Below are positions 50,678-60,288 of a stretch of DNA of 64,000 nucleotides, piece after piece. Both the position numbers and the translations under genes were made by a program. The notes beneath the pieces were generated by a model. It saw nothing but the letters and a program-made list of their open reading frames with translations, ran no database searches and had not been told where the DNA came from. The stretch is from Escherichia coli (GTDB lineage Bacteria; Pseudomonadota; Gammaproteobacteria; Enterobacterales; Enterobacteriaceae). The DNA is taken from assembly GCF_017348835.2 (NCBI RefSeq), contig NZ_CP071375.1; one strand, written 5' to 3'. Each line of letters starts with the position of its first letter. The stretch's first letter is position 1.

Positions 50678-51388
50678 TGCCAGCTGTGGTTGCACAACTT
50701 CGTGGCTTAACGGCTTGCTGACCACGTAACGACCATTGACCACAGAAACGGTCGGTGGCTTACGGGTTTGCTCAAAGTAGTCGTAACCCGGCTTCAGTTG
50801 CTCCCAGAAGTCCTTAAAGTTGGAATATTTATGGCGCTTCATATTGGCGTCGGTCATGCGGAACGGGTAAATACTCACTTGCACGCTCGGCTGACCAAAC
50901 ACCAGCGCACCAGTAACGAACTGGAAGATCTCATCAATACCCTGATTGGTCATTGCGTAGCAGCCGATGGAAACACAATCGCCGTGGATCATCAGATATT
51001 TCCCTTCATAACCATGCGCACGGTCATAGGCATTGGGGAATCCAATATTAATCGCTTTGTAGTAACGGCTGTCTGGTTTTAATTGATTACGCTGGACGCT
51101 ATAAAACCCTTCCGGGCTTTTGAAATCGCCCTGACGCTGTTTTGGCCCTAAGCCGCCGGAATATTTACAGATTTTATAGCTGTCGAGCAGTTGATATTGC
51201 TCGCCCATTTTGACGTAGAGATCGAGCGTACGTTCTTCCTTGAAGATCTGGATGTAGACAGGGGATCCCATCAACTGCTGCTTATACTCTTTGCTCACTG
51301 GCGTGGTCGAGCTACTGCTGCCCAGCAAACCGGCAAACGAAACGCACGGGATCAACAACATCGCAAGAATTAATGCGATTTTACGCAT
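50648..51388 (-). CDS. yafK: L,D-transpeptidase-domain periplasmic protein YafK
   Basis: 246 aa with signal peptide; YkuD-like. Confidence 0.8.
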   Translation of the reverse strand: MRKIALILAMLLIPCVSFAGLLGSSSSTTPVSKEYKQQLMGSPVYIQIFKEERTLDLYVKMGEQYQLLDSYKICKYSGGLGPKQRQGDFKSPEGFYSVQRNQLKPDSRYYKAINIGFPNAYDRAHGYEGKYLMIHGDCVSIGCYAMTNQGIDEIFQFVTGALVFGQPSVQVSIYPFRMTDANMKRHKYSNFKDFWEQLKPGYDYFEQTRKPPTVSVVNGRYVVSKPLSHEVVQPQLASNYTLPEAK

Positions 51389-51543
51389 ACTGCTTATTCC
51401 TTGATAAAACGGTTACACACGCCAGGACGGCAAAATGGATCCCAAATCGGAATAGTCTGGATTTGGAAGGCTCACATTATCACCAAAAGAGTTTTACGCA
51501 AGCCTGTCGGCGCAGGGTTTACAAATTTCATCGGAAGCGGGCT

Positions 51544-51822
51544 TTACCCAAAGAGCACCGCGTGAGTTCCAGTTCTCTCAAATCGTAAAAGTTTATCGGT
51601 AAGTTTGTAAATCAGGAGCCAGTCCGGTTCGACATGAGCATCGCGATAACCTTTCCATGAACCCTGCAGCGGGTGGTCTTTATAAACAGCTGGAAGCGGT
51701 AAAGTATTATTGATAAGAAGCGTCATAAGATATTTCAATTTATTCATATCATTATGACGCTTTTGTGCAAGTTTTACATCCTTTGAAAATTGTCCCGAGT
51801 ATTCAATATCCCTTTGAATCAT
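51544..51822 (-). CDS. yafQ: Type II toxin YafQ (RelE-like mRNA interferase)
   Basis: 92 aa; paired with upstream dinJ. Confidence 0.85.
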   Translation of the reverse strand: MIQRDIEYSGQFSKDVKLAQKRHNDMNKLKYLMTLLINNTLPLPAVYKDHPLQGSWKGYRDAHVEPDWLLIYKLTDKLLRFERTGTHAVLFG

Positions 51823-51824
51823 AT

Positions 51825-52085
51825 TTAAATTCCTAATTTATCAAATAAATCATCGGCGTCTTTGGCCTTATGAACATCAACGCCAGCTTCGCTGTTTTTG
51901 ATTGATTGAATGGTTAATTGATTAGGCTCGCGTAAATCAAACGGCAATGCCTTTTCACGCGCGACCTTTGTGAGGGTTATGCGAACCAGGTCAGAGATGG
52001 TCAGCCCCATCCCGGCCAGTACGTCCGCCGCCTGATTCTTCAGATCTTCATCGATTCGGGCGCGAACAAATGCATTTGCAGCCAT
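51825..52085 (-). CDS. dinJ: Antitoxin DinJ
   Basis: 86 aa RHH-type ORF upstream of yafQ. Confidence 0.85.
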   Translation of the reverse strand: MAANAFVRARIDEDLKNQAADVLAGMGLTISDLVRITLTKVAREKALPFDLREPNQLTIQSIKNSEAGVDVHKAKDADDLFDKLGI

Positions 52086-52101
52086 TGGGGTATCTCCTGT
52101 G

Positions 52102-52117
52102 CTGTATATATATTCAG
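52102..52117. promoter_or_regulatory. LexA (SOS) box upstream of dinJ
   Basis: CTGTATATATATTCAG matches CTG-N10-CAG. Confidence 0.6.
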
Positions 52118-52234
52118 CTTGAATTGTAGCTCAATTGAGCAACAGCGGCAATTCATGAGCAATTCAATAAACTGATGTATTTACATAATTCACTGAAATA
52201 TATATGTTAATTTTATAATAATGGTTTATTAAGT

Positions 52235-53044
52235 TTGTTCAGAAACGATCCGGGATACACTGCAACATTAAAGCATGACCAGCCATTATTGAGTATGTCC
52301 TTGCCGTCGATTCCATCCTTTGTATTGTCGGGATTACTGTTGATTTGTTTGCCGTTTTCTTCATTTGCCAGCGCCACCACATCACATATCTCTTTCAGCT
52401 ACGCCGCCCGCCAGCGGATGCAAAACCGTGCGCGTTTATTAAAACAGTACCAAATCCATCTGAAAAAACAGGCCAGCTATATTGTGGAAGGCAATGCCGA
52501 AAGCAGAAGGGCGCTACGCCTGCACAACCGCGAACAGATAAAACAGCACCCGGAGTGGTTTCCTGGTCCGCTCAAGGCGAACGACCGACGCTGGCAGGCG
52601 CTCGCAGAAAACAACCATTTCTTAAGCAGCGACCACCTGCATAACATCACCGAAGTGGCGATTCACCGCCTAGAGCAGCAGCTTGGCAAGCCTTACGTCT
52701 GGGGCGGCACGCGGCCCGATAAAGGCTTCGACTGTAGCGGGTTGGTTTTTTATGCCTACAACAAGATCCTTGAGGCGAAGCTCCCGCGCACGGCCAATGA
52801 GATGTATCACTACCGCCGGGCAACGATTGTGGCGAATAACGACCTGCGCCGGGGAGATTTGCTGTTTTTCCATATTCACAGTCGTGAGATTGCCGACCAT
52901 ATGGGGGTGTATCTGGGCGATGGGCAATTTATCGAGTCGCCACGCACCGGGGAAACCATTCGGGTAAGCCAGTTAGCTGAACCTTTCTGGCAGGACCATT
53001 TTTTGGGCGCGCGCAGGATTTTGACGGAAGAGACGATTTTGTAA
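52235..53044 (+). CDS. yafL: NlpC/P60-family peptidase YafL
   Basis: 269 aa; catalytic motif DCSGLV. Confidence 0.75.
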   Translation: MFRNDPGYTATLKHDQPLLSMSLPSIPSFVLSGLLLICLPFSSFASATTSHISFSYAARQRMQNRARLLKQYQIHLKKQASYIVEGNAESRRALRLHNREQIKQHPEWFPGPLKANDRRWQALAENNHFLSSDHLHNITEVAIHRLEQQLGKPYVWGGTRPDKGFDCSGLVFYAYNKILEAKLPRTANEMYHYRRATIVANNDLRRGDLLFFHIHSREIADHMGVYLGDGQFIESPRTGETIRVSQLAEPFWQDHFLGARRILTEETIL

Positions 53045-53100
53045 ATGGGTAATATTGACGAACTGGCAAAAGGCCGGATGCCACACGGCATCCGACTTGT

Positions 53101-53457
53101 TTACATCTGGGCTGAAAACTCACGTTCTAAGACATCAACAATGAGCTGGTTTTTTGAAATGGAATGTTGTCTGGCGACGATGGTCAGCCGCGAATCAATG
53201 TGATGAGGAACACGAAGCGTCAGGCGTTTTTGCTCTTCTTCTTCACGAAAAGGGGCAATACCGTCCTCTTCACAATCCGCCATCCACTCATCCAGCGCGC
53301 TTTCGCCCTCACGATATAATGCCTCAATGCTTGTGGCTACAAAGTCACAATAACCGTTTACATTGAGGAATTTGCCGCGAAATGCATTGATATCGGCTTC
53401 AAATGTCACTGCGGCTGGTTGACCTTTAATTGTGATAATGTTCGATGCTTTATTCAT
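53101..53457 (-). CDS. HicB-like antitoxin (N-terminal HicB fold plus C-terminal RHH)
   Basis: 118 aa; C-terminus LTLRVPHHIDSRLTIVARQHSISKNQLIVDVLEREF looks like an RHH DNA-binding domain; overlaps the upstream ORF by 8 nt. Confidence 0.45.
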   Translation of the reverse strand: MNKASNIITIKGQPAAVTFEADINAFRGKFLNVNGYCDFVATSIEALYREGESALDEWMADCEEDGIAPFREEEEQKRLTLRVPHHIDSRLTIVARQHSISKNQLIVDVLEREFSAQM

Positions 53458-53749
53458 AATCTACCCCTACACAGTTAACAAACCACTCCTTAAGACCTGC
53501 TACTGCGCCTTTATCCATCACATTCTTTGGATGTGGCTCATGTGTACTGAATTTGGTCGTTCCAATCTGAAATTTCCTTCTGGACCCATTGTTATTTTTT
53601 ATTGTTCCACCCACCGCTTTAATGAGCGCAACAACATCATCCCATTTAATTCCAGATTTTGGCGGCTCCGTCATTACATCGTCGAATGTTTTTCTATGGC
53701 GGGAGCCTAGCGCGCTGACCTTAATCATACTATCAATCCATGACATCAT
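53450..53749 (-). CDS. Putative HicA-like toxin partner (uncertain)
   Basis: 99 aa ORF translationally coupled to the HicB-like gene; family assignment is by position only. Confidence 0.3.
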   Translation of the reverse strand: MMSWIDSMIKVSALGSRHRKTFDDVMTEPPKSGIKWDDVVALIKAVGGTIKNNNGSRRKFQIGTTKFSTHEPHPKNVMDKGAVAGLKEWFVNCVGVDYE

Positions 53750-53832
53750 TGTATGGTGTCATCGTAGTATGTTTGCAATGTGACGTCAATCAATGGTGTC
53801 AGATGCATGCAAAGCATGGAAAAGAATCCCCA

Positions 53833-55572
53833 TCAACTCAACGCCCCCATAATCTTCAACTCCAGCTCATCCGGCACTTCGTTATACGACAGCACATGCA
53901 GCCCCGGCGCAAACAACCTTGCGTAGCGCGCTAGCAAAGGGCGCAGCTGCGGCGGCACCAGCAGCACCGGGTCTTTCCCCGCCGCTTTCATCTGCTCCTT
54001 CACCTGCGGCATCGTGCTCTGGAACTGGTTGAGCATATTCGGGTCGACCGGCACGCTGTCGAGCATCACTTTGCCGCCCTGTTGCGCCTGATTCACCACG
54101 TTGGTCAGCAGATTTTCCAGCTCATTATTCAGCGTATACACCGTCAGCTCCTGCTTGCGAACGAAAGGATGAGTAATGCTGCGCCGCAGCGCCAGGCGCA
54201 CATCGGCCGCCAGCAGAATATGATCTTTGGTCACCGCGCTACTGGCGACCAGCACGGTGGCGATGGTGACGATGTCGCGCAGGGAAACGCCTTCGGTCAG
54301 CAGCGCACGGTACACTTTCAGCAACTGGCTGTAATTCAGCGCCGCGCTCAAATCCTCCGCCAGGCGCGGTGCCATTGACGACAAACGGTTATGCAACTGC
54401 GTGATGTCATCATAGTTAAACAAATCAGGAATATAACTGCGCACAATCTTATTCACATGGGTGGCAATCACGCTGGCGCTGTCGATCACCTGATACCCCA
54501 TATTCAGCGCCTTCGCTTTCTGCGCAGGCTGGATCCAGGTGACTGGCATCCCATACGCCGGGTCGTTCCCCAGCACGCCGTCTATCTCGCCGTAGGTTTC
54601 GCTGGAGGGCAGGGCCATCAGTTTATCCGCCGGAATATCCGCTTCATCAGCCTTAATGCCGTTGATGAAAATGGCGTACTGGCTGGGCTTGAGGCGGAAA
54701 TTTTCCCTAATGCGGATCTCCGGCAGCAGCACGCCGTTGCCGTCGGATATCACCTGCCGCACGCCGCGGATCCGCTGGGTGAGCGGGTTACCCTGTGCTT
54801 TATCGACCAGCGCTACTAGCTTGTAGCCAAGGCTTAAGCTGATGGGTTCGATCAGCGGAATGGTTTCCCAACTGACCTGTTGCTCGCTGGTTTCAGTGAT
54901 GGTGCGGGTCAGCGTTTCGAGGCTTTTCTCCTCCGCCTCTGCCGCCTGCGGCTGTTTGCTCATTCGCCAGCCGGTAAAGCCAAGCAGGGCGCTGAACATC
55001 AGGAACGGCAGGTGCGGCATCCCCGGCACCACTGCCAGCACAAACATAATTCCGGTAGCGGTGTAGAGCACCGACGGGCTTGCCAGCAGTTGGTTACGCA
55101 CGTCATGGGCGATATCGCCGTTGTCGCTGACGCGGGTGACGATAATCGCCGCTGCGGTGGAGAGCAGCAGGGAAGGGATCTGCGCCACCAGCCCATCGCC
55201 GATGGTCATCAGCACATATTGCTGGAAGGCGGCATCGGCGCTCAGGTTGTATTTGAAGATCCTGATACAGACGCCGCCGATCAGGTTGATCGCCAGAATC
55301 ATCATCCCGGCGATGGCATCCCCGCGCACAAACTTCGATGCCCCGTCCATCGCGCCGTAGAAATCGGCTTCGCTGGCGACATCTTTACGCCGGGTTTGCG
55401 CCTGCGCCTGGTTGATCAATCCGGCGTTAAGGTCGGCGTCAATCGCCATCTGCTTGCCGGGCATCGCGTCAAGGGTAAAGCGGGCAGAAACCTCGGAAAT
55501 ACGCTCGGCCCCTTTGGTGACGACAATAAAGTTGATTGTCAACAGCGTCAGTAAATCCGAGCGTGAAAGCAT
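53833..55572 (-). pseudogene. lfhA: FlhA-like flagellar export protein fragment (Flag-2 remnant)
   Basis: 579 aa ORF homologous to FlhA but lacking the N-terminal ~120 aa. Confidence 0.7.
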
Positions 55573-55574
55573 TA

Positions 55575-56302
55575 TCGCCGCGCTGCACGGGCAGTCGATT
55601 TTTAACGGTGGTGGGCTGTCGCCGTTAAATAAAATCAGCCCGTCTCATCCGCCAAAACCTGCCACCGTGGCGGTGCCGGAAGAGACGGAGAAAAAAGCGC
55701 GTGATGTGAATGAGAAAACGGCGCTGCTGAAGAAGAAATCCGCCACCGAGCTTGGCGAGTTGGCAACCAGTATCAACACCATTGCCCGTGATGCGCATAT
55801 GGAAGCGAATCTGGAGATGGAGATTGTTCCCCAGGGATTACGCGTGCTGATTAAAGACGACCAGAATCGCAATATGTTCGAACGCGGCAGCGCGAAGATT
55901 ATGCCGTTCTTTAAAACGCTGCTGGTGGAGCTAGCGCCAGTGTTCGACTCGCTCGATAACAAAATTATTATTACCGGGCATACCGATGCGATGGCCTACA
56001 AAAACAATATCTACAACAACTGGAACCTTTCGGGCGATCGCGCGCTTTCAGCTCGTCGGGTGCTGGAAGAGGCCGGAATGCCGGAAGATAAAGTGATGCA
56101 GGTAAGCGCAATGGCGGACCAGATGCTGCTGGATGCCAAAAATCCGCAAAGCGCGGGCAATCGGCGTATTGAGATTATGGTGCTGACCAAAAGTGCGTCC
56201 GATACGCTGTATCAATACTTTGGTCAGCATGGGGATAAAGTGGTGCAGCCACTGGTGCAAAAGCTGGATAAGCAGCAGGTGCTTTCGCAGCGAACGCGTT
56301 AA
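55575..56302 (+). pseudogene. lafU: MotB-like fragment (Flag-2 remnant)
   Basis: OmpA-like C-terminal domain (NWNLSGDRALSARRV...NRRIEI); the 5' part of the ORF is antisense lfhA. Confidence 0.6.
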
Positions 56303-56340
56303 ATGCTGAATCTTTACGCATTTCTCAAACCCTGAAATCA

Positions 56341-56356
56341 CTGTATACTTTACCAG
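56341..56356. promoter_or_regulatory. LexA (SOS) box of dinB
   Basis: CTGTATACTTTACCAG just upstream of the dinB start. Confidence 0.7.
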
Positions 56357-56372
56357 TGTTGAGAGGTGAGCA

Positions 56373-57428
56373 ATGCGTAAAATCATTCATGTGGATATGG
56401 ACTGCTTTTTCGCAGCGGTGGAGATGCGCGACAATCCCGCCCTGCGCGATATCCCTATTGCTATTGGCGGCAGCCGCGAACGTCGAGGGGTGATCAGCAC
56501 CGCCAATTATCCCGCGCGTAAATTTGGCGTACGTAGCGCTATGCCGACAGGGATGGCGCTCAAATTATGCCCACATCTCACCTTGCTTCCGGGGCGCTTT
56601 GACGCCTACAAAGAAGCCTCAAATCATATCCGTGAAATCTTCTCGCGCTACACCTCGCGCATTGAACCGTTGTCACTGGATGAAGCCTATCTCGATGTCA
56701 CCGATAGCGTCCATTGCCACGGTTCTGCGACCCTCATCGCCCAGGAAATCCGCCAGACGATTTTCAGCGAGCTGCAACTGACGGCGTCTGCGGGCGTGGC
56801 ACCAGTAAAGTTTCTCGCCAAAATCGCCTCCGACATGAATAAACCCAACGGCCAGTTTGTGATTACGCCGGCAGAAGTTCCGGCATTTTTACAAACCTTA
56901 CCACTGGCAAAAATCCCCGGCGTCGGCAAAGTCTCGGCGGCAAAACTGGAAGCGATGGGGCTGCGGACCTGCGGTGATGTACAAAAGTGTGATCTGGTGA
57001 TGCTGCTTAAACGCTTTGGCAAATTTGGCCGCATTTTGTGGGAGCGTAGTCAGGGGATTGACGAACGCGATGTTAACAGCGAACGGTTGCGAAAATCCGT
57101 CGGCGTGGAACGCACGATGGCGGAAGATATTCATCACTGGTCTGAATGTGAAGCGATTATCGAGCGGCTGTATCCGGAACTTGAACGCCGTCTGGCAAAG
57201 GTAAAACCTGATTTACTGATTGCTCGCCAGGGGGTGAAATTAAAGTTCGACGATTTTCAGCAAACCACTCAGGAGCACGTCTGGCCGCGGCTGAATAAAG
57301 CTGACTTAATCGCCACCGCGCGTAAAACCTGGGATGAACGCCGCGGCGGGCGCGGTGTGCGACTGGTGGGGCTGCATGTGACGTTGCTTGACCCGCAAAT
57401 GGAAAGACAACTGGTGCTGGGATTATGA
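56373..57428 (+). CDS. dinB: DNA polymerase IV
   Basis: 351 aa; [18 protein letters not shown]-family signature. Confidence 0.9.
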   Translation: MRKIIHVDMDCFFAAVEMRDNPALRDIPIAIGGSRERRGVISTANYPARKFGVRSAMPTGMALKLCPHLTLLPGRFDAYKEASNHIREIFSRYTSRIEPLSLDEAYLDVTDSVHCHGSATLIAQEIRQTIFSELQLTASAGVAPVKFLAKIASDMNKPNGQFVITPAEVPAFLQTLPLAKIPGVGKVSAAKLEAMGLRTCGDVQKCDLVMLLKRFGKFGRILWERSQGIDERDVNSERLRKSVGVERTMAEDIHHWSECEAIIERLYPELERRLAKVKPDLLIARQGVKLKFDDFQQTTQEHVWPRLNKADLIATARKTWDERRGGRGVRLVGLHVTLLDPQMERQLVLGL

Positions 57429-57877
57429 ATAACATACAAATAAGAAACTATCAGCCTGGCGATTTTCAGCAACTATGCGCTATTTTCATTAGAGCGGTTA
57501 TGATGACCGCCAGTCAGCATTATTCACCACAACAAATTGCCGCCTGGGCGCAGATTGACGAATCTCGCTGGAAGGAGAAACTCGCGAAATCACAAGTGCG
57601 GGTTGCAGTCATTAATGCACAACCGGTTGGTTTTATTTCCCGCATTGAACATTATATCGATATGTTATTTGTTGACCCTGAATACACCCGCCGTGGGGTT
57701 GCCAGCGCTTTGTTAAAACCTTGGATTAAGTCTGAATCCGAACTTACGGTGGACGCAAGCATAACCGCAAAACCCTTTTTTGAACGTTATGGTTTTCAGA
57801 CAGTTAAGCAGCAGCGCGTTGAATGCCGGGGAGCGTGGTTTACTAATTTTTCTATGCGATATAAACCGCAACATTAA
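57425..57877 (+). CDS. yafP: GNAT acetyltransferase YafP
   Basis: 150 aa; start overlaps the dinB stop (ATGA). Confidence 0.8.
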   Translation: MNNIQIRNYQPGDFQQLCAIFIRAVMMTASQHYSPQQIAAWAQIDESRWKEKLAKSQVRVAVINAQPVGFISRIEHYIDMLFVDPEYTRRGVASALLKPWIKSESELTVDASITAKPFFERYGFQTVKQQRVECRGAWFTNFSMRYKPQH

Positions 57878-58183
57878 ATCCAGCTTGCAATGAAAATAAC
57901 GCCCGCCTGGTATGTGCGCGTTTTCTTATTCCACAAACTGCAAGGAGGTAAATCATGACAAATCCTTTATCAATGACTCTTTGCAGACCTTTCCAGGATT
58001 AATTCTTTTTTTCTTGCCCTGGATTCGTCTGCCATTTCCTGATTTTTAATATTTATATACTCTAAATAATTCGAGTTGCAGGAAGGTGACAAGCGAGTGA
58101 ATCGCCAGGAGCTTACTAAAGTAAGTGACTGGGGTGAACGAACGCAGTCGCAGTACATGCAACTTGAAGTATGACGAGTATAA

Positions 58184-58450
58184 ATGGAATGGTACATGGG
58201 CAAATATATTCGTCCCTTATCCGATGCGGTATTTACCATCGCATCTGATGACCTGTGGATCGAGAGTTTAGCGATCCAACAATTACACACCACGGCAAAT
58301 TTACCCAACATGCAGCGCGTAGTGGGGATGCCAGATTTACACCCCGGACGCGGCTACCCGATTGGCGCAGCGTTCTTCTCTGTTGGTCGTTTTTACCCGA
58401 CAAGACGTCGCGGTAACAGTGCTGGAAACAGAAACAGGTCGTTACTCTGA
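58184..58450 (+). pseudogene. ykfJ: RtcB-like fragment
   Basis: 88 aa ORF resembling an RtcB fragment; fused out of frame to prfH. Confidence 0.5.
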
Positions 58451-58786
58451 CACCCTGCGTTCAGCGCTGGTTTCTCTGAATGGCGACAACGCATGGGCAT
58501 TAAGCGAAAGCTGGTATGGCACTATTCAGTGGATTTGTCGGAGTCCGTATCGCCCACATCATGGGCGTAAAAACTGGTTTCTGGGCATTGGGCGTTTTAC
58601 TGCTGATGAGCAGGAACAATCCGACGCGGTCCGTTATGAGACGCTGCGTTCGTCGGGGCCGGGCGGTCAACATGTCAATAAAACCGATTCGGCGGTGCGC
58701 GCCACGCATCTGGCTACCTGGATTAGCGTGAAGGTTCAGTCAGAGCGCAGCCAGCATGCCAACAAGCGGCTGGCACGATTGCTGAT
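58397..58786 (+). pseudogene. prfH: Peptide chain release factor homolog PrfH, 5' part, interrupted by an IS element
   Basis: GGQ motif [17 protein letters not shown]; reading frame continues at 60097. Confidence 0.7.
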
Positions 58787-58828
58787 TGAACCGCCCCGGG
58801 TTTCCTGGAGAGTGTTTTATCTGTGAAC

Positions 58829-59716
58829 TCAGGCTGCCAGATCATTATTTCCGATGGAAGCATAATAAGCTTTTTCTGCTTCTGCCGGAGGAATATGGCC
58901 CAGCCTTTCCAGCAATCGTCGATTGTTATACCAGTCCACCCACGTTAGTGTGGCCAGTTCCACTTCTGTCCGGTTTTTCCAGCTCTTACGGTGTATTACC
59001 TCCGCTTTGTAAAGACCATTGATGCTCTCCGCCATCGCGTTGTCATACGAGTCGCCAGTACTCCCTGTTGATGCCAGTAATCCGGCTTCCTTAAGCCGCT
59101 GCGTGTAGGCCAGCGATACATACTGAGAACCTTTATCACTGTGATGGATTGTGCCGGACGGCCGACGGGCCCACAACGCCTGCTCCAGTGCATCCAGCAC
59201 GAATGTTGTTTCCATGGATGATGAGACCTGCCATCCCACGATGTATCCGGCGAACACATCAATGATGAACGCCACATAAACGAAGCCCTGCCATGTGCTT
59301 ACCCAGGTAAAATCAGCCACCCACAACTGGTCTGGACGTTCTGCCACGAACTGACGGTTTACGCGGTCGCATGCGGCAACGGCTTTCCGGCTGACGGTAG
59401 TGCGGACCTTTTTACCCCGGAGAACACCGGCAAGTCCCATAACTGCCATGAGACGTGCCACAGTGCATCTGGCCACTCTGATACCTTCCCGTAACAACTG
59501 ACGCCAGACTTTACGCACACCGTATACCTGGTGATTTTCATCGTATACGCGCTGTATCTCTTTCTTCAGCCAGTCATCGTGCTGCGCACGGGCACTGCGT
59601 TTATCCGGATGATGTCGCTGTTGCTGACAATGGTAATACGTTGACGGGGCAATATGCAGTTCGCTGCATACCGGTCCGACCCCGTACTGCTCACGCAGCT
59701 TATCCAGCAGTGGCAT
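58829..59716 (-). CDS. IS3-family transposase OrfB (DDE integrase domain)
   Basis: 295 aa rve-domain ORF; probably expressed as an OrfAB fusion by -1 frameshifting. Confidence 0.85.
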   Translation of the reverse strand: MPLLDKLREQYGVGPVCSELHIAPSTYYHCQQQRHHPDKRSARAQHDDWLKKEIQRVYDENHQVYGVRKVWRQLLREGIRVARCTVARLMAVMGLAGVLRGKKVRTTVSRKAVAACDRVNRQFVAERPDQLWVADFTWVSTWQGFVYVAFIIDVFAGYIVGWQVSSSMETTFVLDALEQALWARRPSGTIHHSDKGSQYVSLAYTQRLKEAGLLASTGSTGDSYDNAMAESINGLYKAEVIHRKSWKNRTEVELATLTWVDWYNNRRLLERLGHIPPAEAEKAYYASIGNNDLAA

Positions 59717-60042
59717 TATTTTTTCCAGAGGCGGTCGAACTCCGCCTTCGCAAAATAAGCGGAAGCCTGGCGAAGGATATCGTTACTGCGGCGCAGTTCA
59801 CGATTTTCACGTTCCAGCTCTTTCAGACGCTGACGTTCAGCGGTGGTGAGTCCACCATCACCACTCCCGGTATCCCGCTCATGCTGGCGAACCCAGACAC
59901 GCAGAGTCTCCGGCGTACAGCCAATCTTTGGGGCAATGGAACAAATTGCCGCCCACTGTGAGTCATATTCATCCTGACTTTCCAGAACCATACGAATCGC
60001 CCGCTGACGGACTTCGGGGGAAAAACGAGTATTTTTAGTCAT
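59716..60042 (-). CDS. IS3-family transposase OrfA (HTH)
   Basis: 108 aa, [22 protein letters not shown]...; leucine-zipper-like C-terminus. Confidence 0.85.
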   Translation of the reverse strand: MTKNTRFSPEVRQRAIRMVLESQDEYDSQWAAICSIAPKIGCTPETLRVWVRQHERDTGSGDGGLTTAERQRLKELERENRELRRSNDILRQASAYFAKAEFDRLWKK

Positions 60043-60096
60043 CCTGTTTACCTCTTTCTCAGGGAGTTTAGTCTCCAGGATTTCCGGGGCGGTTCA

Positions 60097-60232
60097 GATT
60101 GCCTGGAAGCTGGAGCAACAGCAACAGGAAAATAGCGCAGTGCTGAAATCGCAGCGGCGAATGTTCCATCACCAGATTGAACGTGGCAACCCGCGACGAA
60201 CGTTTACAGGGATGGCTTTTATCGAAGGATAA
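60097..60232 (+). pseudogene. prfH: PrfH 3' part (after the IS insertion)
   Basis: Translates to [43 protein letters not shown], continuing from LARLLI before the IS. Confidence 0.7.
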
Positions 60233-60239
60233 TGAAGGA

Positions 60240-60285
60240 TGAAACTGCCGGAAGGCGATTAAACGCCATCCGGCAGCAAATCAAA
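60240..60285. terminator. Bidirectional terminator between prfH and pepD
   Basis: Palindrome ctgccggaaggcg...cgccatccggcag. Confidence 0.5.
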
Positions 60286-60288
60286 TAA

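Larger units (their letters stand above)
58787..60096 (-). mobile_element. IS3-family insertion sequence, 1310 bp (IS629/IS1203-like), with 3 bp target duplication GAT
   Basis: Terminal inverted repeats TGAACCGCCCCGG.. at both ends; flanking GAT at 58784-58786 and 60097-60099; orfA and orfB inside. Confidence 0.8.

Noticed and set aside
54082-55554. Plus-strand ORFs antisense to lfhA (54082..54378, 54391..54819, 54880..55554)
   Set aside because: Antisense to the FlhA-like pseudogene; the ORF-track start of lafU (55412) also falls in this overlap, so I started the lafU remnant later at 55575
57970-58311. Minus-strand 113 aa ORF overlapping the ykfJ fragment
   Set aside because: No recognisable domain and it overlaps the plus-strand RtcB-like remnant; probably spurious
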